Positions 37,965 to 48,140 of a DNA stretch of 64,000 bases are shown one piece after another. Under the pieces are notes generated by a model. That model made no database searches. It was not told the origin of the DNA and saw only the letters and a program-made list of their open reading frames with translations. Position numbers and translations under genes: made by a program. Source of the DNA: an uncultured Bacteroidaceae bacterium. Its GTDB lineage: Bacteria; Bacteroidota; Bacteroidia; Bacteroidales; GCA-2748055. The stretch covers positions 2,378-66,377 of the forward strand of contig CAZIIU010000017.1 of NCBI GenBank assembly GCA_964539395.1, written 5' to 3'. Within the stretch, counting starts at the first letter, position 1. Every line of letters starts with the position of its first letter.

Positions 37965-38957
37965 ATGTCTGAACTTGTAAGTGTAATTATACCTGTATAT
38001 AATACAGCTGAAACTTTGGATCAGTGTATTTTGAGTATAATTGATCAAACCTATCATAACTTAGAAATAATACTTGTAAATGATGGATCAAGTGATAAAT
38101 CCGGAATAATCTGTGATAATTATATCGAAGTAGATAGTAGAATTAATGTATTGCATAAAGATAATGGGGGATTAAGTTCAGCAAGAAATGCTGGAATTGA
38201 TATATCTACAGGAGAATATCTATGTTTTGTTGACTCTGATGATTACATATCAGAGAATATGATTGAGTCTTTATTAAACTTGGTAAAGAGATATGAATGT
38301 AAGATTGCAGATTGTGGGTATATAGATATTACATTAGACAAAAGAAGAATAAAAAGCGAAATTGGAAATGGTATTGAGTATGGCAATGGATATTTTATGC
38401 TTGAGAGGTTTTTAAATGAGAATATTTTTAATGGTGTGGTGACAAAGATGTTTCATCACAGTCTTTTTGAATCTACCAGGTTTCCTGTAGGGAGAATATA
38501 TGAGGAAATTTATTTAACACTATATTTCGCTTTAGAGAAGCCATCATATGTTCATACAGATGAAGCTTTTTATATCTATAAACATCGAGAAAATAGCATA
38601 TTGAGATCTAAGTTCACACATCTCAAGGCGCGAGAATATATTTATATTCTTGAAAATATGATTGCACTGATCAGACACAAAATCTTAGAGGAAGAGCATA
38701 GGAATCATGCCTGTAAAATCCTCTATGAAAGAAATGCCTCTGCCTTTTTAGCTTTGGCATTAAATAATGATAGAATTATTCGCCGAATATATTCAAAATT
38801 GTATCTTAAAAGGTTAAAATTAAGTGTTAAAGATTGTTTTATGTCTCAGAGAATAAGCTTCAAGAACAAAGTCACATTCATATTATGCAAGCTTGGTTTT
38901 TCTGAAGTAGTCTACATTTTAAAGAAAATTTCACTAAAAGTAAGTTCTATCTTGTGA
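37965..38957 (+). CDS. Family 2 glycosyltransferase
   Basis: Contains VSVIIPVYNTAETLDQCILSIIDQTY, LVNDGSSDKSG and FVDSDDY. It is a paralogue of the 34853..35836 product. Confidence 0.85.
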   Translation: MSELVSVIIPVYNTAETLDQCILSIIDQTYHNLEIILVNDGSSDKSGIICDNYIEVDSRINVLHKDNGGLSSARNAGIDISTGEYLCFVDSDDYISENMIESLLNLVKRYECKIADCGYIDITLDKRRIKSEIGNGIEYGNGYFMLERFLNENIFNGVVTKMFHHSLFESTRFPVGRIYEEIYLTLYFALEKPSYVHTDEAFYIYKHRENSILRSKFTHLKAREYIYILENMIALIRHKILEEEHRNHACKILYERNASAFLALALNNDRIIRRIYSKLYLKRLKLSVKDCFMSQRISFKNKVTFILCKLGFSEVVYILKKISLKVSSIL

Positions 38958-38978
38958 TAATAAAGGTAAAAAAGTAAG

Positions 38979-40229
38979 ATGATCCATGCTAAAGAATTAG
39001 GTTTTTCCAATAATAGCAAGTATTATTTGGTGATGTTTTTGATTTGGCCTTTTCTTACTTTTTTTGCAGCAATAATTAATTATAGAGACAGACAAGCTAG
39101 AGGATTCGTATTTTTGTTCCTATTGTATTATGGGTTTTCTTTTATTGTGGTTCATGGGCAAGATTCATCTAGATATGTTGAAACCTTTCTTTTTTATTCC
39201 CAACTACCTTTCTCAGAATTGTTAAATGTATTAAACGGATATTATACATATTCAGGTGAAAGGGCGTTTGATATACTTGAACCATTAATTACTTTTATTG
39301 TATCACGTTTTACTACTGTATCAAATTTTCTATTTGGAGTTTATGCAGCCCTATTTAGTTTTTTTTATCTTAAATCTATTAATCTACTATATGACCATTA
39401 TAAACAGAATCCAAATTTTAATGCATTAGTCTTTCTTATCTTTTTCACTCTCATTATCCCTGTTACTTCAATATATAATCCAAGAATGTGGACTGCGGCC
39501 TGGATTTTTTTTTATGGTTCATATCATATCCTCCGATTTGGTAAGCTTTCTTATTTTCTTATTACACTCTCAGCCTGTCTGATGCATTGGAGTTTATTCA
39601 GTTTGAATATATTATTGTTCCTGTATTATCTTTTTGGTAATAGAAACAAAATTTATGTCCCTGTTGTACTGGTATCATTTATCATCCCGGAAATATTGAA
39701 TTCGTTTATTAATCAATTTGCATCTTTTTTTGGGGGGTCTATCGAATCTAGATTCTCAAGCTACACAGGAGAGGCATATACAGAGGTCTTTCAACAACAG
39801 GCTCAGCAAGCTTCCTGGTTTATGGCCTTGAATTATGATTTTGTATACTATTTTTTAATTATAACTATAATTGTAATTCAGGTATTATCCAGAGATATTC
39901 AGAAAACAAAATTGGAGCGGAATTCATTTAGTTTCATTTTATTGTTTATTGCACTTGTGAATTTTGGCAGGCCATTACCAGCTTTTGGATGGAGGATGCA
40001 GATAATTTTTATGCTCTTTGCTTCAATGTATATTATTCTTTTGGCACTGAAACTTAAAGAAAATAATTTAAAGGTTATTACTTTAGTGGGAATGTTTCCG
40101 ATGCTATTATATTCAGTTATAAATTTAAGGATTGGTCTTGAAACTGTTAATGCGTGGATTTTTGCTCCTGGGATCGGACTTTCATTCCTGGGCACACCAA
40201 CTTCTCTTGCTGAAATCCTTTTTAACTAG
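38979..40229 (+). CDS. wzy: EpsG/Wzy-type repeat-unit polymerase candidate
   Basis: 416-aa aromatic-rich polytopic membrane protein embedded among GT genes, with no soluble domain. Confidence 0.5.
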   Translation: MIHAKELGFSNNSKYYLVMFLIWPFLTFFAAIINYRDRQARGFVFLFLLYYGFSFIVVHGQDSSRYVETFLFYSQLPFSELLNVLNGYYTYSGERAFDILEPLITFIVSRFTTVSNFLFGVYAALFSFFYLKSINLLYDHYKQNPNFNALVFLIFFTLIIPVTSIYNPRMWTAAWIFFYGSYHILRFGKLSYFLITLSACLMHWSLFSLNILLFLYYLFGNRNKIYVPVVLVSFIIPEILNSFINQFASFFGGSIESRFSSYTGEAYTEVFQQQAQQASWFMALNYDFVYYFLIITIIVIQVLSRDIQKTKLERNSFSFILLFIALVNFGRPLPAFGWRMQIIFMLFASMYIILLALKLKENNLKVITLVGMFPMLLYSVINLRIGLETVNAWIFAPGIGLSFLGTPTSLAEILFN

Positions 40230-40240
40230 GTATCGATATT

Positions 40241-41365
40241 ATGAGTATGGAATTTTTTAAAAATAGGCTAACCAGGGCGATATCTGATATCCCAGGATGG
40301 AAATCTAATAAAAAAATAATTGCTTTTGAGTCAGATGATTGGGGTAGTGTTAGGATGCCCTCTTTGGAAACCTTTAGGCGACTAGAAGCTTATGGGTTAG
40401 ATTTGAGGTCAGCAGATGCTGAAAGATATAATTTAAATGATACGCTTGCTACGTCAAATGATCTTGAAGGTCTTTTCGAAGTGCTTGCAAGTGTAAAAGA
40501 TTCCAAAGAAGCAAGCGCCGTTTTTACACCAGTTTCAATTGTTGCAAACCCTGATTTTCAGAAAATCAAAGAATCTGATTTTCAAACATACTATTACGAG
40601 CCTTTTTCGGAGACTTTAAAAAGTTATAAAGGATGTGATCAATCTTTCAATTTATGGAAACAGGGTATTGAAGAAAAGATTTTTGTACCGCAAATGCACG
40701 GGCGAGAACATTTAAATGTTACAGAATGGCTAAAAGCATTGAGATCAGGGGAGAAGCACACAAGGGCTGCCTTTGATGAGGGGATGTGGGGATTTGTACC
40801 TAAAAACTTTCCTGTTATAGATTATCAGGCAGCCTTTTTGTTTACAGATCCGAAGGATATGGATTATCAAAAAACCGTAATTAATGAGGGATTGGAATTA
40901 TTTGAGGATATATTTGGTTATAAAGCATCTTTTTTTGTTCCTCCGAATGGGGTGTTTAATAATTCCTTGAACCGGATTCTTGTAAAAAATGATATAGAGT
41001 TCCGTTACGCTTCAAAAATACAGAATGAACCAATAGGATTTGGTAGAAGAAGAAAGAGATTTCATTATTTAGGGCAGAAAGGGACGGCCGGCATACGCTA
41101 TATCATCCGGAACTGCTTTTTTGAACCAAGCTTGGAAGGTAAAGATTGGGTTGATAGTTGTCTTAGTGAGATAAATTCAGCTTTTGAATTAAAGAAACCA
41201 GCAATAATTGGTTCGCATAGGGTAAACTATATTGGGGCTTTAAACCCATTTAACCGGGATAAAGGATTGCATCTACTTTCGAATCTATTAAATAAAATAG
41301 TTAGAAAATGGCCTGAAGCTGAATTCATGACTACTGCAGAATTAGGGGGTCAAATGAATCTATAA
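40241..41365 (+). CDS. Hypothetical protein with a possible CE4/NodB-like metal site
   Basis: 374 aa and soluble. FESDDWGS (DD) and MHGREHLN (H-x3-H) resemble deacetylase metal-ligand motifs. This is a weak call. Confidence 0.3.
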   Translation: MSMEFFKNRLTRAISDIPGWKSNKKIIAFESDDWGSVRMPSLETFRRLEAYGLDLRSADAERYNLNDTLATSNDLEGLFEVLASVKDSKEASAVFTPVSIVANPDFQKIKESDFQTYYYEPFSETLKSYKGCDQSFNLWKQGIEEKIFVPQMHGREHLNVTEWLKALRSGEKHTRAAFDEGMWGFVPKNFPVIDYQAAFLFTDPKDMDYQKTVINEGLELFEDIFGYKASFFVPPNGVFNNSLNRILVKNDIEFRYASKIQNEPIGFGRRRKRFHYLGQKGTAGIRYIIRNCFFEPSLEGKDWVDSCLSEINSAFELKKPAIIGSHRVNYIGALNPFNRDKGLHLLSNLLNKIVRKWPEAEFMTTAELGGQMNL

Positions 41366-41372
41366 ATAGCTA

Positions 41373-42701
41373 ATGAATTGCTTTCTACATATAGAACCTG
41401 TTTTTAATGAATCCCTGGATCGATCAATTTCATCACTTAAAACTATATATGATGATAATGAAAAACTGGAAAGCATTATAAAAAATCTATTTCAAAGAGA
41501 GATTAGAGCTTCTCAAATAAAGAATAAACGAGTATTACTGAAGCCAAATTGGGTCATGCATTCGAAATCGGAACTGGACGATATATGTCTCAGAACGAAT
41601 GATAACTTTGTTTTGGCCACTTTAAAAGTAGTGCTCGAAATGAAGCCTTTATCTGTTATTATTGGAGATGCACCAATCCAGGGATGCAATTGGGAGAAGA
41701 TGCTATCTGAAGATTTCAGTGAGAAAATAAAGTCACTGGCAAATGAATATGAAGTAGCAGTATCAGTTGTTGATTTCAGAAGAAGAATTTATAGTTTTTC
41801 AAATAATAAAAAAGACGCTGATATCCGTCCCTTAAAGGAATATGTTATTTTCGATGTTGGTAAAACAAGTTGGCTTGAACCTATTACAATCAATGGTAAA
41901 TCAAATTTCCGTGTTACAAATTATGATCCGGAACGTATGGTGTTGTCACATTCTCCCGGAGTACATAAATACTGCCTTACAAGAGAATTATTTGAATCAG
42001 ATTTAATAATTTCGCTTCCCAAAATTAAAACACACCAGAAAACCGGTATTACGGCTGCATTAAAGAACCTTGTTGGATTTAATGGGGATAAAGATTTTCT
42101 GCCCCATCATCGAATTGGAGGCACACAAAGAGGTGGAGATTGTTATCCGGGTGGATCACTCCTCAGATCCTGGTCAGAGAAAGCTCTTGACAATGCCAAT
42201 AGACGACAGGGAAGAAAATCATTCTGGATTTGGCAAAAATTATCTTCTGCTTTATGGAAATTATCCATTCCCGGAGCCGAGCACCAGATAGCTGCTGGAT
42301 GGTATGGAAACGATACTACTTGGCGAATGGTTAAGGATTTAAATAGAATTGTTGAATTTGGAAACCAAGAAGGAGAAATAAAAGAGCATGCACAAAGAAT
42401 GATATTTAGTCTTTGTGATGGTATAATTGGAGGTGAGGGTAATGGGCCACTGGACCCCGAACCATTGCCTCTTGGCTTGATTACATTAACTAACCATTCT
42501 TTATTTCATGACCGGGTAATGGCTGATATTATGAGTTTGCCCGTTGATAAACTTCCTCTCTTAAATCAGAATGACAATAGGAGTAATAATTTTACCATGA
42601 CAATCAGAGGTAAAAATGCAATGCTGCAGGATCTGGACGAATTTAAAGTTATAGCAAAACTTCCTAAGGGTTGGTCAGCTATCATTAAAATGAGCGTATG
42701 A
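41373..42701 (+). CDS. DUF362-domain protein
   Basis: 442 aa with LLKPNWV, LPKIKTHQKTGITAALKNLVGFNG and DGIIGGEGNGPLDPEP, which match the conserved DUF362 blocks as I recall them. Confidence 0.6.
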   Translation: MNCFLHIEPVFNESLDRSISSLKTIYDDNEKLESIIKNLFQREIRASQIKNKRVLLKPNWVMHSKSELDDICLRTNDNFVLATLKVVLEMKPLSVIIGDAPIQGCNWEKMLSEDFSEKIKSLANEYEVAVSVVDFRRRIYSFSNNKKDADIRPLKEYVIFDVGKTSWLEPITINGKSNFRVTNYDPERMVLSHSPGVHKYCLTRELFESDLIISLPKIKTHQKTGITAALKNLVGFNGDKDFLPHHRIGGTQRGGDCYPGGSLLRSWSEKALDNANRRQGRKSFWIWQKLSSALWKLSIPGAEHQIAAGWYGNDTTWRMVKDLNRIVEFGNQEGEIKEHAQRMIFSLCDGIIGGEGNGPLDPEPLPLGLITLTNHSLFHDRVMADIMSLPVDKLPLLNQNDNRSNNFTMTIRGKNAMLQDLDEFKVIAKLPKGWSAIIKMSV

Positions 42702-43699
42702 AAATAGGCATACACCATACAGAAGGGACATTCAGTGAACGCTGGATTTCATATTGTGATGAAAACAATATAGAATACAAATTAGTTGATTGCTATAAAA
42801 ATGATATTATCAATCAGTTATCTGATTGTGTTGCGCTTATGTGGCACTTCAATCATAAGGGAGCCAAAGAAAGTAAATTTGCGAAGCAATTAGTTTTCTC
42901 TCTTGAAGCAGCTGGTAAACGGGTTTTTCCAAATTATAATACAGTATGGCATTTTGATGATAAACTGGGACAAAAATATCTACTTGAATCGATTAATGCT
43001 CCTTTGGTTCCAGCCTATGTATTTTATTCAAAAGGAGAAGCTAAGAAGTGGCTATATAATGCAGCATTACCAGTTGTTTTTAAGCTCAGGAATGGTTCCG
43101 GGTCTGAGAATGTGAAATTGGTAAAAAAGAAACGCTATGGTTACAAATTGATACGTATATCTTTTAGCCGCGGATTCAAACATTACGAGGGATGGTCAAA
43201 CCTGAAAGAGAGAATAAGGTTGTTGCGGATAGGAAAGACTAGTCTCTGGAATGTAGTTAAGGGTATTATTCGTCTAATTTATACTACCGAATATGCCAGG
43301 ATGACTGGCAGGGAAAAGGGCTATGTATATTTCCAGGAGTTCATTCCAGGTAATGATTTTGATATTCGTGTTGTTGTTATTGGTAATAAAGCTTTTGCAC
43401 TCAAGAGGATGATAAGGAAAAATGATTTTAGAGCATCAGGAAGTGGCTTTATATTATATGAAAAAAAACATTTTGATGAAGCTACTGTACGTACAGCATT
43501 CGAAGTGGCAGATAAACTGAAAGCTCAATGTATTGCATATGATTTTATTTTTTCAGAAGGTAGGCCTATGATTGTTGAAATTAGTTATGGTTTTTCTCCG
43601 GGTGCATACGACTACTGTACAGGATATTGGGAAAGAAACCTTACATGGCACGAGGGGAAATTTAATCCATATGGTTGGATGGTTGAAAAGATAATGTAA
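42698..43699 (+). CDS. ATP-grasp (RimK-like) ligase
   Basis: 333 aa with DDKLGQKYLLESINAPLVPAYVF, LPVVFKLRNGSGSENVKLV and YFQEFIPGNDFDIRVVVIGNKAF. It has an ATGA overlap with the upstream gene. Confidence 0.7.
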   Translation: MKIGIHHTEGTFSERWISYCDENNIEYKLVDCYKNDIINQLSDCVALMWHFNHKGAKESKFAKQLVFSLEAAGKRVFPNYNTVWHFDDKLGQKYLLESINAPLVPAYVFYSKGEAKKWLYNAALPVVFKLRNGSGSENVKLVKKKRYGYKLIRISFSRGFKHYEGWSNLKERIRLLRIGKTSLWNVVKGIIRLIYTTEYARMTGREKGYVYFQEFIPGNDFDIRVVVIGNKAFALKRMIRKNDFRASGSGFILYEKKHFDEATVRTAFEVADKLKAQCIAYDFIFSEGRPMIVEISYGFSPGAYDYCTGYWERNLTWHEGKFNPYGWMVEKIM

Positions 43700-43718
43700 G
43701 ACATAGTGCATTCTCTTT

Positions 43719-44870
43719 ATGAATAATATATCATCTTTGAAAAATTGTTATGGTTGTGGAGTTTGTTCCATAACATGTCCGGAACAAATTATTAGCTTAG
43801 AACTTAATGAGGAAGGTTTTTATGATCCGATAATTACTGATTTATTAAGATGTACTGAGTGTGGATTGTGTTTATCAGTATGTGCTTTCAATGATAATCA
43901 AATAGCTTCCCAACCAAAAGATATTATGTGCTTTTCAGGATGGAGTAATGATAAAGTCGTAAGAAATGATTGTTCATCAGGGGGCATCGGTTTTGAAATA
44001 GGTTCCTTTTGCATTAATAATGGCTTTAAAACTTGTGCTGTTTATTATGATACAGAACATCAAAAAGCTAAGCATTTTTGTGCTTCAACAAGAAGGGAAT
44101 TTCAGAAATCAATGGGATCTAAGTATATTCAAAGCTATACTCATGACGGATTTAAAGAATTGAATACAAAAGATAAATTTGTCATTTTTGGAACTCCCTG
44201 CCAAATTGACTCATTGAGAAAGTTCATCCAATTGAAAAAGTTAGAAAATAATTATATACTAGTTGATTTCTTCTGTCATGGAGTACCATCTTACAATCTA
44301 TGGAACACTTACTTACATCTCAAAACAACTAAAAATGAGCTTGGTCCATTAAAAGAAGTGAAATTCAGAGATAAGAAATATGGATGGCATTCTTATACGA
44401 TAATGATTCAAGGGGAATTGAAGAGGCTTTATAGTTCAATTAGAAATAATGATATGTTTTTTCGTTTATTTCTTGGTGATTTATGTTTAAACGAATGTTG
44501 CTATTTGAGTTGCAAATATAAACAGCTTCATTCATCTGCTGATATACGAATTGGAGATCTCTGGGGCAAAAAGTTTCAAGATGACACATTAGGAGTTTCT
44601 GGGATTATATGCTTAACGGATAAAGGGAAAAGCATAATTGAAAAACTACACAGAAGCTGCTGCATTGAAGAGGAAGACACTGAAATAATTACTTATGGGC
44701 AGATGGAAAAATCTCCAAACCTTCCCCATTTAAGGAAATGGGTATTAAAGAAGTTAACTAATAAAAATATTTTATCATCTTACTCTTTCTTATCTGTTTT
44801 GCAATTCTACAAATACTGGAGAACAGCTAATTTTCGTTATAAACGTTTTATAAAACTTATGTCAAAATAA
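43719..44870 (+). CDS. FrhB-like (coenzyme F420 hydrogenase/dehydrogenase beta-subunit family) protein with an N-terminal 2x[4Fe-4S] ferredoxin motif
   Basis: Contains CYGCGVCSITCP and CTECGLCLSVC, plus FGTPCQIDSLRKF typical of the FrhB C-terminal domain. Confidence 0.75.
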   Translation: MNNISSLKNCYGCGVCSITCPEQIISLELNEEGFYDPIITDLLRCTECGLCLSVCAFNDNQIASQPKDIMCFSGWSNDKVVRNDCSSGGIGFEIGSFCINNGFKTCAVYYDTEHQKAKHFCASTRREFQKSMGSKYIQSYTHDGFKELNTKDKFVIFGTPCQIDSLRKFIQLKKLENNYILVDFFCHGVPSYNLWNTYLHLKTTKNELGPLKEVKFRDKKYGWHSYTIMIQGELKRLYSSIRNNDMFFRLFLGDLCLNECCYLSCKYKQLHSSADIRIGDLWGKKFQDDTLGVSGIICLTDKGKSIIEKLHRSCCIEEEDTEIITYGQMEKSPNLPHLRKWVLKKLTNKNILSSYSFLSVLQFYKYWRTANFRYKRFIKLMSK

Positions 44871-44871
44871 G

Positions 44872-46002
44872 ATGAAGATCAAAACCATTACCTGTCATGA
44901 CGTATATAACTTTGGCGCTTCATTGCAAGCATTTGCATTAATGAAATTTTTGCAATATTTAAATCATGAAGTGGAAATTATTGACTACATGCCTGATTAT
45001 ATGAAATATAATATTTGGGCAATAGGTGATAAATGGAAAAAGAATATCATTTTGCGTCTCATTTTTTATATGTATATAATACCGGTCAGGTTGCTGTTGG
45101 CCTCCCGCAGAAGAAAATTTGATATATTTTCAGCTGAGATGCTCTCAATAACATCCAGAAGATACCATTCTTTTAATGAATTGAAGAACAATCCACCAAT
45201 AGCCGATATTTATTTTGCCGGAAGTGACCAGATATGGAATACTTCTCACATGCATGGCAAAGATCCTGCATTTTTTTTAGATTTTGTCCCTAACGAATTA
45301 GGAGCTGTTAGGACCTCCTATGCAGCTAGCTTTTCAATTTCCAAATTACCTGATGAATATAAAGATTTTGTGAGGGTAAATCTTGAAAAATTTAATGCTA
45401 TTTCTGTAAGAGAAAATTCCGGTATCAAAATTCTAGAATCAATAGGTATCAACGATGGTATAGTTGTATTGGATCCTGTTTTTTTATTAGAAAAGAAATA
45501 TTGGGATCGATTAGCTATGATGAGAAATAATGAGAAATATATACTAATATATGACCAGGAAAATAATTCCATTATCAAGGAAACTGCAAAAAAAATTGCT
45601 AAGAGCACAAAAATGAAAATATATGCTATTCAGAGTCTATATCCAATGTATTATGCAAATAAGAAATTAACAAATATTGGACCGCTGGATTTTTTGAATC
45701 TCATTAAAAACAGCGAGGTTTGTCTCACCAATTCATTTCATTGTACTGCTTTTAGCCTGATTTTTCAGAAAGAGTTTTTCACATTTAAACGAACTCATGA
45801 AAAAGTAAATTCTCGGATGGTTGATTTACTTGAAACAGTGAAATTGAATGATCGAATTATTGAATCTCCAGATGAAATTAAATACATAGAAAAAATTGAT
45901 TACCAAAAAGTCAATAAATTCTTGGCTAAAGAAATTCAGTTGTCAAAAGAATTTATTGATCGAATATTAGAATTCGCCAGAAATAATGACAAAGAGAAAT
46001 AG
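44872..46002 (+). CDS. Polysaccharide pyruvyl transferase (WcaK/CsaB-like)
   Basis: 376 aa with ITCHDVYNFGASLQAFAL and YFAGSDQIWN. It shows the usual adjacency to an FrhB-like gene. Confidence 0.7.
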   Translation: MKIKTITCHDVYNFGASLQAFALMKFLQYLNHEVEIIDYMPDYMKYNIWAIGDKWKKNIILRLIFYMYIIPVRLLLASRRRKFDIFSAEMLSITSRRYHSFNELKNNPPIADIYFAGSDQIWNTSHMHGKDPAFFLDFVPNELGAVRTSYAASFSISKLPDEYKDFVRVNLEKFNAISVRENSGIKILESIGINDGIVVLDPVFLLEKKYWDRLAMMRNNEKYILIYDQENNSIIKETAKKIAKSTKMKIYAIQSLYPMYYANKKLTNIGPLDFLNLIKNSEVCLTNSFHCTAFSLIFQKEFFTFKRTHEKVNSRMVDLLETVKLNDRIIESPDEIKYIEKIDYQKVNKFLAKEIQLSKEFIDRILEFARNNDKEK

Positions 46003-47077
46003 AAAGATTGCTTTACTAATTCATTCTTTATCACCAGGTGGGATGGAGCGGGTAATGACAGAATTAGCCAATTATTTTTCTAAAATTGATAATACAGAGG
46101 TACATTTAGTATTATTTGGTAGATTACCAATTGTTTTCTACAATTTAGATAAGAATGTAAACCTACATAAACCATTATCAAGATTTAATGATAGATATCG
46201 AAATATAGAATCAGTAAAACGTAGTTTGTTTATTCGAAGAAAAGTTAGGCAAATTAATCCAGATACTGTCCTGAGTTTTGGGATACACTGGAATAATTTT
46301 GTACTTCTTTCTCTACTATTTACTCGCTATCCTGTTTTCGTATCAGATAGAGGAAGCCCTGTTCGTAAATATTCAAAGTTTCACCGGCTATCACGGAACA
46401 TACTATATAGAACCAGTGCTGGCATTATCGCGCAGACAGAAGTGGCAAAAGAAATTACAAAGGAAATATTGCCAAAAGCCAATATTGTGGTCATTGGCAA
46501 TCCAATAAGAGCGATAAATGATCATTCTAAACTATTAAAAAAAGAAAATATTATTTTAACGGTTGGGCGTTTAATTACTTCTAAGCATCACGATAGAATG
46601 ATTAGAATTTTTTCTAAGCTTAACGCACCAGATTGGAAATTGATAATTGTTGGCGGAAATGCATTAAAACAGAACAATTTTAAGCACCTTAAGAGTCTTA
46701 TTGAAAAATTAAATATGCAAGACAGAATAATTCTTGCAGGGGAACAAAAGAATGTTGAAGATTATTATTTAAAGAGTAAGGTATTTGTATTTACATCAAC
46801 AATTGAAGGTTTTCCAAATGTAATTGGTGAAGCTTTATCTGCCGGGCTACCTGTGATCTCTTATGATTGCATTTCAGGACCTTCGGAAATGATAACTGAT
46901 GAAATTAATGGTTATTTGGTACCTAATTTTGAAGATGATTTATTTAGAAATAAATTGCAATACCTAATCGATCACGAAAAAATATTGAAACAAATGGCGA
47001 TTGAAGCAAAAAATAGTGTAAAAAGATTTGAAATTGAATCTATAGGCCAGCAATTCTATTCCTTTATTACTTCTTAA
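45986..47077 (+). CDS. Family 4 (GT-B) glycosyltransferase
   Basis: Contains TSTIEGFPNVIGEALSAGLPVISYDCISGPSEMI (E-x7-E region). Confidence 0.85.
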   Translation: MTKRNRKIALLIHSLSPGGMERVMTELANYFSKIDNTEVHLVLFGRLPIVFYNLDKNVNLHKPLSRFNDRYRNIESVKRSLFIRRKVRQINPDTVLSFGIHWNNFVLLSLLFTRYPVFVSDRGSPVRKYSKFHRLSRNILYRTSAGIIAQTEVAKEITKEILPKANIVVIGNPIRAINDHSKLLKKENIILTVGRLITSKHHDRMIRIFSKLNAPDWKLIIVGGNALKQNNFKHLKSLIEKLNMQDRIILAGEQKNVEDYYLKSKVFVFTSTIEGFPNVIGEALSAGLPVISYDCISGPSEMITDEINGYLVPNFEDDLFRNKLQYLIDHEKILKQMAIEAKNSVKRFEIESIGQQFYSFITS

Positions 47078-47208
47078 ATAAAAAAAAAATTAGGAAAAAA
47101 TAAATTTTCTATTTCTGTCAGTTTTATGAAGCACAATAAATTAGACTGATATAAATATTTACAAATTCAATTAAATAAATTGGTTTAGTTAAATATAATT
47201 CAAATACT

Positions 47209-48126
47209 ATGAAAGTAATAATTACCGGGGGTGCCGGCTTTATTGGATCTGCTATTGTTCCAATCCTTCAAGATGAGGGTTATGAAATTTTCGTCCTAGA
47301 CAACCTTTCATTTGGCAGCAGAGATTTTATTGACGTTCAGGATGACCATTTTTATCATGGAGATATCCGGGATATGAAAGAGGTAGAAAATGTGTTTACG
47401 GACGTAAATCCGGATATTATAATACACCTTGCCGCTATACATTTCATACCCTACTGCAATCAGCATCCATTTGAAGCGGCTGATACTAACATCAGAGGTA
47501 CGATGAATGTTTTAAATGCCAGTAAGAAATCAAAAGATTTAAAAAAACTGTTTTTTGCCTCAACTGCGGCAGTATATCCCATTAATGATGAGGCTGTGAA
47601 TGAGGAGCATCGACTGTTTCCAATGGATATCTACGGATTAAGTAAACTTACGGGAGAGGAACTATGTAGAAAATTCTGGCTTGAATCTGAGGTTGATACC
47701 ATCGTATGTCGTTTTTTTAATGCTTTTGGCCCAAATGAGACAAATCCTCACCTTATTCCGGAAATTGAGAAACAATTGAAGGAGGGAACTCGCACTATTA
47801 AACTGGGAAATCTTACACCAAAACGTGATTTTATTCATACATATGATATGGCTTCAGCAGTTGGCAAACTACTTAAAAAAGAGAATCCAGGTTTAAACAT
47901 TTTTAATCTTGGAAGAGGTATAGAGTATTCAGTTGTGGAAATTGTTGAAGCATTTGAAAGGCAACTTGGAGAAAAAATTAACATTGAGGTTGATCCAGCG
48001 CGTGTGCGGAAAGTTGAGCGTCAACATTTACTGGCAGATGTTTCAAAATTGAAACGGTCTACTGGCTGGGAACCAAAATGGAGTATTGATGATGGTATCA
48101 AAAACCTTATAGAGAACTGGAGATAA
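47209..48126 (+). CDS. NAD-dependent nucleotide-sugar epimerase/dehydratase
   Basis: Contains VIITGGAGFIGSAI and YGLSK (YxxxK); 305 aa. Confidence 0.85.
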   Translation: MKVIITGGAGFIGSAIVPILQDEGYEIFVLDNLSFGSRDFIDVQDDHFYHGDIRDMKEVENVFTDVNPDIIIHLAAIHFIPYCNQHPFEAADTNIRGTMNVLNASKKSKDLKKLFFASTAAVYPINDEAVNEEHRLFPMDIYGLSKLTGEELCRKFWLESEVDTIVCRFFNAFGPNETNPHLIPEIEKQLKEGTRTIKLGNLTPKRDFIHTYDMASAVGKLLKKENPGLNIFNLGRGIEYSVVEIVEAFERQLGEKINIEVDPARVRKVERQHLLADVSKLKRSTGWEPKWSIDDGIKNLIENWR

Positions 48127-48140
48127 ATAAAACAATTATT

